Position numbers and translations under genes: made by a program. From an uncultured Alphaproteobacteria bacterium (GTDB lineage: Bacteria; Pseudomonadota; Alphaproteobacteria; CAZZKF01): 64,000 nucleotides of DNA. Every line of letters begins with the position of its first letter. The first letter of the stretch is position 1. Below the pieces are notes generated by a model. It was not told the DNA's origin. It ran no database searches and saw only the letters and a program-made list of their open reading frames with translations. The stretch lies in the NCBI GenBank assembly GCA_964654995.1, contig CAZZKF010000003.1:12276-76275 (forward strand). The letters are read 5' to 3'. Below are positions 54,189-62,085 of this stretch, piece by piece.

Positions 54189-55520
54189 TTATATGCGATC
54201 ATTCCATTCCGTCAGGACGTCGACGATCGTCCCGGTTAATTGCGCAAGGTCTTCGTCGCCGATGACGAAGGCCGGCGTCGCATAGACGATATCGCCGAAC
54301 GGGCGAAGCCACAGGCCGCGCTCGACAAATCGCTGCCTGAGCCAGTCCGGATTCCTCAACTCGTCGACCTGGACGACGCCGATGGCACCCTTGACCCGGA
54401 CGTCGACGACATGCTCGAGCCCGCGGCAGGCTTCAAGCGCACCCATCATGTGCTCTTCGATGGCGCGCACCTGGTCGAGCCGGGGTTCGGTCTCGAACAG
54501 ATCGAGCGAGGCATTGGCCGCCGCGCAAGCCACCGGATTGGCCATGTAGGTGGGCCCGTGCATCAGCGCCTTTTCCGGATCGTCGGAGAGAAACGCCTCA
54601 TAGACGTGGGTGCGCGCCACTGTGGCGGCCAGTGAAACGGTGCCACCCGTCATGCCCTTGCCCAGACACATGATATCGGGAACCACGTCCGCCTGCTCGC
54701 TGGCAAACAGCGTTCCGGTCCGCCCGAATCCGGTGAAGATTTCATCGGCTATGAACAATACGTCATGGCGCTGCGCCAGCCGGTACAGCTCGCCGAGGAT
54801 GTCCGCGCCATGAAATCGCATGCCGCCGGCACCCTGGACGATGGGCTCGATGATCATCGCGGCCAGGGTATCCCGGTTTCCGGCAAGAAACGCGTCGATT
54901 GCGTTCAATTCCTCCGCTGTTTCCGGCAGCGCCAGGACGTACCGCCCCTGGAACTGCTCCTTGAACACCCTGTGCATGCCATCGTCAGGGTCGGTGACCG
55001 ACATCGCACCCCAGGTATCGCCGTGATATCCACGCGAAAAGGCGAGAAAGCGCGTGCGCCCGTCCTGGCCCCGGTTGAGCCAGTACTGCAGGGCCATCTT
55101 GAGCGCGATCTCGACCGCGACCGAGCCCGAATCGGCAAAAAAGACATGATCGAGATCGCCCGGCAACAGAGCTGCCAGACGCGCCGCCAAACGGTAGGCC
55201 GGTTCATGGCCGAGGCCACCGAACATGACATGCGGCATGACCTCCAGTTGCCGGGTCATCGCCGCAACAACATGCGGATGGTTGTAGCCGTGGCACGCCG
55301 TCCACCAGGATCCGATGCCGTCGATCAGTTCGGTGCCGTCGGCGAGCTTCAGGCGCACGCCATTGGTTTCAATGACCGGCAGGGGCGGCGCCGCGGTCCG
55401 CATCTGGGTATAGGGATGCCAGACATGGGCGACACCTTCGCGGTACCATTCGGGCGATGCGTTGTGCCATGCCGGCCTTTCCGGGCCCCGGCGGCTCCCT
55501 GCCGGTGTATCCTTTGCCAT
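54189..55520 (-). CDS. bioA: Adenosylmethionine-8-amino-7-oxononanoate aminotransferase
   Basis: Class-III aminotransferase with DEIFTGFGRTG and the PLP Lys (CLGKGMTGG), BioA-like over the full length. Confidence 0.9.
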   Translation of the reverse strand: MAKDTPAGSRRGPERPAWHNASPEWYREGVAHVWHPYTQMRTAAPPLPVIETNGVRLKLADGTELIDGIGSWWTACHGYNHPHVVAAMTRQLEVMPHVMFGGLGHEPAYRLAARLAALLPGDLDHVFFADSGSVAVEIALKMALQYWLNRGQDGRTRFLAFSRGYHGDTWGAMSVTDPDDGMHRVFKEQFQGRYVLALPETAEELNAIDAFLAGNRDTLAAMIIEPIVQGAGGMRFHGADILGELYRLAQRHDVLFIADEIFTGFGRTGTLFASEQADVVPDIMCLGKGMTGGTVSLAATVARTHVYEAFLSDDPEKALMHGPTYMANPVACAAANASLDLFETEPRLDQVRAIEEHMMGALEACRGLEHVVDVRVKGAIGVVQVDELRNPDWLRQRFVERGLWLRPFGDIVYATPAFVIGDEDLAQLTGTIVDVLTEWNDRI

Positions 55521-55642
55521 GCGAAGCGTTCTCTGTACCGTTAGCGAAACGCCGTGATATTAGTGACGGGCTTGAGAAAAGACCATGGCAAGAGCGCCCC
55601 TTCAACCGGCATAGTTTCGAAAAGGCGAGCACGAAGAACTTG

Positions 55643-56830
55643 GTGGATTTGAGGAAATTTGCCGAAATCAAGCTGGCGCGGCTGCGCGAGCAGACCCTGT
55701 TTCGCGAGGTGCTGAACAGCGACCGTCGTCCCGGCGCCAGAATCGTGCGGAATGGCCGGGAGCTGGTGTCTTTCTGCTGCAACGACTATCTGGGGCTCTC
55801 GCAACATCCGGCCGTACGCAAGGCCGCAAAACGGGTCATCGACCGTTACGGCGTCGGCGCCGGCGCGTCACGGCTGGTGACCGGCAATCATTCGCTTTAT
55901 CGGGCACTCGAAGACCGCCTTGCCGCCATCAAGGGCACCCCGGCGGCCTGCGTGATGGGAAGCGGCTATCTTGTGAACACCGGGGTCATCCCCTGTTTCG
56001 TCGGGCCAGATGACCTGATCATCATCGATGAGCTTTGTCACGCCTGCCTTTATGCCGGCAGCGCGCTCAGCAAGAGCACGGTCATTCCCTTTGGTCATAA
56101 CGATATGGGCCATCTGCACGACCTGCTCTGCGAACACCGCCCCCGGCACCGGCACTGCCTGATCATCACCGAGGGCGTCTTCAGCATGGACGGCGACCTT
56201 GCCCCCCTCGATGAAATGACCGACCTGGCCGAAAGCTTCGACGCATGGCTGCTGAGCGACGACGCCCATGGCTTCGGCGTCATCGGCGAGCGCGGCCGCG
56301 GCAGCACGTTCGCCCACCAGGGGCGGGTCAATGTGCATCTGCAAACCGGGACCTTGTCCAAGGCCGTCGGCGCCTACGGTGGCTATGTCTGCGCCGCGAC
56401 GGCGGTGATCGAGCTGATCAGGAACCGGGCCCGCACGCTGGTCTACTCGACCGGTCTGCCCCCCGCCATCGTTGCCGCGTCGCTGGCCGCCATCGAAATT
56501 ATCGAAGGCGACGCGGCGTTGCGCGACGCGCCGCTGCGCAAGGCCCGGCTTTTCGCCAGGGAATCCGGTCTGCCCGAGCCCCGGTCGCCGATCGTCCCGC
56601 TGGTCACAGGTTCGGCGTCCGCCGCCCTGAAGATGAGCCAGGCCCTCGAGGACAGGGGATTTCTCATCACCGCCATCCGTCCGCCGACGGTTCCGGCAGG
56701 AACGGCGCGACTGCGCGTCACGTTCTCGGCCGCGCATCGGGACGAGGATGTCGTGGCCCTCGCCGGCGCCCTTCGCGATCTGGGCTGCCCTGGCCTGCCC
56801 GGGGGCCGGCCGCAACAGTCCGTGGCATGA
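55643..56830 (+). CDS. bioF: 8-amino-7-oxononanoate synthase
   Basis: CCNDYLGL, SRLVTGN and the PLP Lys region (TGTLSKAVGAYGG) typical of BioF. There is no in-frame ATG; the start is probably GTG 55643 or TTG 55649. Confidence 0.85.
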   Translation: MDLRKFAEIKLARLREQTLFREVLNSDRRPGARIVRNGRELVSFCCNDYLGLSQHPAVRKAAKRVIDRYGVGAGASRLVTGNHSLYRALEDRLAAIKGTPAACVMGSGYLVNTGVIPCFVGPDDLIIIDELCHACLYAGSALSKSTVIPFGHNDMGHLHDLLCEHRPRHRHCLIITEGVFSMDGDLAPLDEMTDLAESFDAWLLSDDAHGFGVIGERGRGSTFAHQGRVNVHLQTGTLSKAVGAYGGYVCAATAVIELIRNRARTLVYSTGLPPAIVAASLAAIEIIEGDAALRDAPLRKARLFARESGLPEPRSPIVPLVTGSASAALKMSQALEDRGFLITAIRPPTVPAGTARLRVTFSAAHRDEDVVALAGALRDLGCPGLPGGRPQQSVA

Positions 56831-57507
56831 GGGCCCTGTTCATCACCGCGACGGGAACCGGCATCGGCAAGACGCTGGTGACCTGTGCCCTGGCCTGGCA
56901 ACTGCGCAGGCGCGGCAAACTGGTCAAGGCCCTGAAGCCGATCGTGACCGGTTATGACCCCGGCAATGCCGCCGCCAGCGATCCGCACCTGATTCTCGAG
57001 GCCCTGGGAGAGACGGCAAGCTGCGCCGCCGTCGAATTGATCTCCCCCTGGCGCTACGCAGCCCCCCTCGCTCCGGATGCGGCAGCGGCACAGGAAAACC
57101 ACCGGATCGATTTCGATGAACTGGTCGAGTTCTGCCGGGCCGCGAAGAACGCCGACGGGGATTTTCTCTTGATCGAAGGCATCGGCGGCGCCTTGGTGCC
57201 GCTTGGCCGTGATCGAACCGTGGCCGACTGGATCGCCGCCCTTGACATCCCCTGCCTTCTGGTTTCGGGCAGCTACCTTGGCAGTCTGAGCCACACCATC
57301 TCGACGCTCGAGGCGATGCGTGGACGCGGATTGCGTATCTCGCGTCTGGTAATCAGCGGCGGCGCGGGTGAGGCGTTGCCGCTCGAAGACACGGCAACCG
57401 CTCTTGCCCCTTTTCTCGATGGAATGCCGGTGACCCTCATTCCCCGCCTTCGTTCCACCGGTCAGTTGTGGCAACAGGCGCCTGAAATTCCGGTTCTGGG
57501 CGATTGA
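56827..57507 (+). CDS. bioD: Dethiobiotin synthetase
   Basis: MRALFITATGTGIGKT P-loop. The start overlaps the bioF stop (ATGA). Confidence 0.85.
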   Translation: MRALFITATGTGIGKTLVTCALAWQLRRRGKLVKALKPIVTGYDPGNAAASDPHLILEALGETASCAAVELISPWRYAAPLAPDAAAAQENHRIDFDELVEFCRAAKNADGDFLLIEGIGGALVPLGRDRTVADWIAALDIPCLLVSGSYLGSLSHTISTLEAMRGRGLRISRLVISGGAGEALPLEDTATALAPFLDGMPVTLIPRLRSTGQLWQQAPEIPVLGD

Positions 57508-57757
57508 CGGCAGACTCCGTAGAGACTTTTCGGGCCGGAGACGCTGCAGGACATGTTCAGGCATCGCGCGGACAGCCGGGCCCGCCACCCACCGCATTTG
57601 AGCGTATGCACGATACCGCTCGGCACCCTGCAGCCGTCAACTCGCGGCCTGCTGCGGATCGGCGAGGACTTCCGCACCCTCGGCGGCATGGGTGACGGGG
57701 GTTGCGTTCCATCAAGACTCGCCTGCTCCGGGCCGCCGTGAACAGCTTTTTTACGCT

Positions 57758-57771
57758 CTTGACATGGGTCA
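57758..57771. promoter_or_regulatory. CRP/FNR-family palindrome TTGACATGGGTCAA upstream of nirK
   Basis: Perfect 5-4-5 inverted repeat (TTGAC-N4-GTCAA), ~150 nt upstream of the nirK ATG, in an otherwise GC-rich 415-nt intergenic region. Confidence 0.5.
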
Positions 57772-57922
57772 AGGATGCATTGTCTGTTCTGCACTAGCGT
57801 CCCGGCGCAACGATAACTTCGCGTCAACGAACGGGTATGGCCGTACGGCCAGCGACTCCAGGAAACCCGTCAAGGCAATGCTACCGACGCCCAGACCGGG
57901 CGTCTCGCCGAAAGGAGCGATC

Positions 57923-59326
57923 ATGACTGCACCGATTCCCGAGCGACGCCGCCCGTTCCGGTGGATTCCGGCGACCGTCGGCCTGGTTCTGCTGATCTGC
58001 CTGCCGGCAGCGACCGCTCTGGCCGCCATGGCCGCCGAGCCAACCGATGTCAATTATGAACCCGAAGCCCGCTTCACGCTGATCACCACGGTGGCGCACG
58101 GCCAGATGGCCTTCATCGGAGAGGGTGGGCTTATCGACGGCATCATCAATCCCACGCTTGTGGTCAAGCAAGGCACGATCGTGCAAATCACATTGATCAA
58201 TGGCGAGGGAGCCAAACACGACATCGTCATCCCCGAATTCGGTGTCAACTCGCAATGGGTCACCGATCCGGAGGGAAGCACCGTCACCGTGTTTCGCGCC
58301 GATGGCCCCGGCGAGTTCACCTATTACTGCAGTATTCCCGGCCATCGCGAGGCCGGCATGGAAGGCTTGATCCGTGTCGTCGCAGAGCCCGAGGTGATTG
58401 TTGGCGGCAAGGCCGACATTTCGCGCCTGCCGACCGACCTGCCCAAGCCGGTGGGCAAGCGCAAACCCAAGACCGTCCGTTACGAGCTCGAAACCCTCGA
58501 GGTCGACGGCCAGTTGAGCGACGGCACGTCGTATACCTTCTGGACCTTCGGCGGCAAAGTGCCGGGGCCGTTCCTGCGGGCCCGCGTCGGCGACACCATC
58601 GAACTGGTGCTCAAGAACTCGCAGGGCAGCCTGATGACCCACTCCATCGATCTGCACGCGGTCAACGGGCCGGGCGGTGGCGGCGCCGTGACACAGGTCC
58701 CGCCGGGCCAGAAGCGCATTTTCACGTTCAAGGCGTTGACCCCGGGACTGTACGTCTATCACTGCGCCACGCCGATGGTCGCCAACCATATCGCCAACGG
58801 CATGTACGGGCTGGTTCTGATCGAGCCGGAAGGCGGTCTGCCGCCGGTCGATCGTGAATTCTACGTCATGCAGGGCGAGGTCTACACGGCTGCCGGCTAC
58901 GGCATGCACGGCTATCAGGAATTCAGTGTCCGCAAGCTGCTCGAAGAACGGCCCGACTATTTCGTCTTCAATGGCGCCGTCGGAGCGATCAGCCGCGATC
59001 ATCCCCTGAAGGCCAAGGCTGGGGAGACCGTGCGCATCTTCTTCGGCAACGGCGGGCCGAATTTCACCTCGAACTTCCACGTGATCGGTGAAATCTTCGA
59101 CCGCGTTTACGAGCACGGCAGTGTGCTGACGCCGCCGCTCAAAGGCGTTCAGACCATTCCGGTCTCACCGGGCAGCGCCGCCATTGTCGATATGAAGCTT
59201 GATGTTCCGGGACGTTATCTCCTGGTCGATCATGCACTGGCGCGCATGGAACGCGGCCTCGTCGGATTTCTCAGGGTCTCCGGCAAGGACAATCCCGCGG
59301 TCTTTCATGAAGGACGAGCCAAATAG
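57923..59326 (+). CDS. nirK: Copper-containing nitrite reductase with an additional N-terminal cupredoxin domain
   Basis: RBS AAGGAG precedes the ATG. Signal peptide (RRRPFRW...ALAAMAA), then a ~100-aa plastocyanin/amicyanin-like domain (HDIVIPEF...YYCSIPGHREAGMEG), then the canonical two-domain NirK with T1Cu (HCATPMVANHIANGMYG) and T2Cu ligands (HSIDLHAV). Confidence 0.88.
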   Translation: MTAPIPERRRPFRWIPATVGLVLLICLPAATALAAMAAEPTDVNYEPEARFTLITTVAHGQMAFIGEGGLIDGIINPTLVVKQGTIVQITLINGEGAKHDIVIPEFGVNSQWVTDPEGSTVTVFRADGPGEFTYYCSIPGHREAGMEGLIRVVAEPEVIVGGKADISRLPTDLPKPVGKRKPKTVRYELETLEVDGQLSDGTSYTFWTFGGKVPGPFLRARVGDTIELVLKNSQGSLMTHSIDLHAVNGPGGGGAVTQVPPGQKRIFTFKALTPGLYVYHCATPMVANHIANGMYGLVLIEPEGGLPPVDREFYVMQGEVYTAAGYGMHGYQEFSVRKLLEERPDYFVFNGAVGAISRDHPLKAKAGETVRIFFGNGGPNFTSNFHVIGEIFDRVYEHGSVLTPPLKGVQTIPVSPGSAAIVDMKLDVPGRYLLVDHALARMERGLVGFLRVSGKDNPAVFHEGRAK

Positions 59327-59406
59327 GCTTGCGTGATTGGCGGCCCGGGCCTCTTTTGCGAAATCGGCCCGGGCCAAAATCACTGCATTGGTTGAAGGAT
59401 GACGGC

Positions 59407-59802
59407 ATGAAACAGGCGGCATTCCGCATTTCGCTCGGGCTGGTGCTGGCAATGTTCACGGCAAGCACAGTGGTGCAAGCTGCCGGCGATCCCGAAAAGG
59501 GCGCCAAGATATTCCAACGTTGCAAGGCCTGCCACACCCTGATCGAGGGGCAGAAGAAGATCGGCCCCAATCTGCGCAACGTGTTCGGACGCAAGGCCGG
59601 CTCCTTGCCTGCCTACCGCTATTCCAAGGCCATGTCGAAAGCAGGAGAATCAGGGATTGTCTGGAACGAGGAAACTCTGGACAAATTCCTCAAGAAACCT
59701 TCCAAGTTCGTGCGCGGGACCGAGATGATGTTCAACGGCATCCGGTCGGCCCAACAGCGCCAGGACGTGATCGAGTTCCTCAAGCAACAGACCACCAGAT
59801 AA
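59407..59802 (+). CDS. Class I cytochrome c (c2/c550-like)
   Basis: Signal peptide, GDPEKGAKIFQRCKACHT (CxxCH), GPNLRNVFGRKAG and a Met ligand region (GTEMMFNG). 131 aa, sits 80 nt downstream of nirK. Confidence 0.8.
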   Translation: MKQAAFRISLGLVLAMFTASTVVQAAGDPEKGAKIFQRCKACHTLIEGQKKIGPNLRNVFGRKAGSLPAYRYSKAMSKAGESGIVWNEETLDKFLKKPSKFVRGTEMMFNGIRSAQQRQDVIEFLKQQTTR

Positions 59803-59809
59803 CCGTACC

Positions 59810-59842
59810 GGTGGCGCCGGCGCCTGGTTCGCCGGCGCCACC
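59810..59842 (+). terminator. GC hairpin immediately after the cytochrome c gene
   Basis: ggtggcgccggcg - cctggttc - cgccggcgccacc, a perfect 12-13 bp stem, with no U-tract. Confidence 0.35.
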
Positions 59843-60388
59843 GAGCGGGCCCGCCCCGAGGGCCGATCAACACCCACAAGCAGGCCAAACGCCAGCCCCG
59901 ACGTGATCTGTCTCGCGGCACGATGCGCCGACACGGCGCGGCCACCGCCGGCAAGGCATGGACGTCACCCCGCTGGCAGCAGGCCTGCGTGCCTGCCAGG
60001 GCCCGGCTCGATGGCCGGTGATCGATCGCGCGGCACCATCGGAGGCACCGGTGCCGGCTTGACCGGACGTAGGCGTCGAGCCCGGCACTGCACCGTCTGT
60101 GGCATGGCGTGCCGGACCCGCGGCAGCGCACGACGTTTCCGGCCCGGCACCGGATCGGGCTGCGGCGGCCGGCCGCCCGTACAGAGCCACCGGATCCTGC
60201 GCTTCGCCTGACCGGTGCGGGATGCAACAGCGCCCAGGATGTGCTCCGCCGGACCAGCACAGACTGGCCGGCCAGGCGGATCCGCGGCCTTCACCCGCAC
60301 GCCCGGCGCTGGAGAGAGCGGCAACGGCCAAAGAAAATCGGCGGGTGGGAGACCGTTTCGGCCTCGCCACCCGCCGTCAGATCGGGGA

Positions 60389-60421
60389 CCCCGCCGGCGC
60401 CTCCGCGAAACGCCGGCGGGG
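60389..60421 (-). terminator. GC hairpin immediately downstream of the cytochrome-porin gene
   Basis: ccccgccggcg - 11 nt loop - cgccggcgggg, a perfect 11-bp stem 19 nt after the stop of the minus-strand gene. Confidence 0.35.
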
Positions 60422-60439
60422 TTCATCATACGGGGAGTT

Positions 60440-61690
60440 CTAGAACCCGACGGCTGCCTGGATGGTGAACCGTCCACCCTTCTGGAAACCGGTCGGAACG
60501 TTCACTTCCTTGTACCATTCGCCAAAGATCTTGACGTTTTCATAGAGGTAGTAGGAAACGTTCGCCGTCAGTGCCGTGAAGTCCTGCATGCCATTGTTGC
60601 GTTCGAAGCCTTCGATCCGCAGCGACGGCACGATCCATGGTGACTCGGCGTCGGGGCGACGGAACACATAGATGCCCTCGAAGTACCAGGCGTTGTTCTT
60701 CTCCTTCATCGGAAAATCGACGTCGATTTCGTTGACATCGTCGCGGGCATGAACAAAGGCGCCGTGGAAGATGGCATCGGCCACTTCAACCTGGGCATCG
60801 ATTCCGAAGCGGTCGAAGTCGCGTTTGATGGCGCAGACCTCCTCCTGTATGCCTTCGTCTTCGACAACCGTCCCGGCCTGGCATTCACCGGAAAACGCAA
60901 AGCCGCCGATCATCACCTGATCGGGCAGCACGTCGAACATCACCCGGCCACTGAGGTTGCTGGCCTTGTCACCCTCGAAATCACTGGCAATGCCGCTGTA
61001 GCTGGCGCTGTAGAAAAGGCGATCAAGAAGCCGCCCGGACACCGACACCACCTGACGGTTGCTTTTCAGGCTGCCATTGGCGTCGGCCCCGCCAAACGGA
61101 CTGCTGATCACAACGTTGCGTCCGCGGGTCAGGGCTCGTCCGCCCAGGGTGTCGTACGGATCGGTCATGAAAAGCTTTCCGTAGCCGAAGGTCACGTTGA
61201 AGAACGGCGCCGCATGGTAGGTCACCCAACCACTTCCGGCGAGCTGGAAGCCTTCGTCGGACTCACCCTCGAGTTCCAGGAATCCCGAAACCTTCTTGTT
61301 GATCGCACCGGCGGCCATCAGGTGAACGGCTTCCAGCGCCCGGTTGTTGCGCTCGCCGCCTTCCACCTTGTCGTAGGGCTGGGACTCGAAGACCACCGCG
61401 CCCGGAAATTGTTTGTCGAATTGAAGCAGATCGGACAGGATGCTGCCCGGATCGTCGGTCTTTCTGAACTTGTAACCATTTTGCTTGAATTTGCGTCCCG
61501 TGGAGTTCAACAGCGGCCATGCCGCATGGCATTCGCTGCAGGCCACCTTGTACTTGCGAGCGAAAGCCGGGATCGCCAGGGCTTGGGGCGCAAACAGCCC
61601 GGCGAAAAACAGTGCCCCCATTGCCGTGAACACTGCCTTTCTTGCGAAACTGCCCGTCATGACGGTTCTCCCTTCTCGTGTTCGTTTCAT
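60440..61690 (-). CDS. Monoheme c-type cytochrome fused to a predicted outer-membrane beta-barrel (Cyc2-like)
   Basis: Signal peptide (MKRTREGRTVMTGSFARKAVFTAMGALFFAGLFAPQALA) and a single CSECH heme motif ~15 aa after the predicted cleavage site. About 370 aa of Gly/aromatic-rich sequence with alternating hydrophobic strands follow. The C-terminus GRFTIQAAVGF ends in Phe, the classic OMP C-terminal signature. Start is 61690 or 61660. Confidence 0.6.
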   Translation of the reverse strand: MKRTREGRTVMTGSFARKAVFTAMGALFFAGLFAPQALAIPAFARKYKVACSECHAAWPLLNSTGRKFKQNGYKFRKTDDPGSILSDLLQFDKQFPGAVVFESQPYDKVEGGERNNRALEAVHLMAAGAINKKVSGFLELEGESDEGFQLAGSGWVTYHAAPFFNVTFGYGKLFMTDPYDTLGGRALTRGRNVVISSPFGGADANGSLKSNRQVVSVSGRLLDRLFYSASYSGIASDFEGDKASNLSGRVMFDVLPDQVMIGGFAFSGECQAGTVVEDEGIQEEVCAIKRDFDRFGIDAQVEVADAIFHGAFVHARDDVNEIDVDFPMKEKNNAWYFEGIYVFRRPDAESPWIVPSLRIEGFERNNGMQDFTALTANVSYYLYENVKIFGEWYKEVNVPTGFQKGGRFTIQAAVGF

Positions 61691-61761
61691 GCGGAGGCCC
61701 CTGCCTCCTTTGACCAACATGAGCGATGGGCACGGCATACCGGGAAATTTGGCATTTATGA

Positions 61762-61775
61762 TTGATATATATCAA
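61762..61775. promoter_or_regulatory. Consensus FNR box TTGATATATATCAA in the divergent cyc2-like / fnr promoter region
   Basis: Perfect TTGAT-N4-ATCAA, 72 nt upstream of the ATG at 61690 and ~310 nt upstream of the fnr-type gene. It lies in the only AT-rich stretch of this region. Confidence 0.6.
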
Positions 61776-62085
61776 TCCACGGAGGTTTCTGATGGTCCAT
61801 ACAGATCGCCCGGCAAGCCGGAACCAACCCGCTTGTAGCATCAGGACGACCCAATATGCTGGCAGCTAAGACGACATCTATGGGCCAATTATTCATCCAC
61901 TTCAATCTGGTAAAGATGTTCAGTGAGTTTGGACACCGACCGGACGCTCGCCCCTTCGCCACCCCGCACACCATCGATGAGCACAACGGCTTAAACCTGC
62001 GTCACTTTGCCACACTGTTGACTTATATCAAAGTAAATTACGTCAGTTCCCTCGGTGGTGTATGCTAATGAGGAGGCGCAGAACG

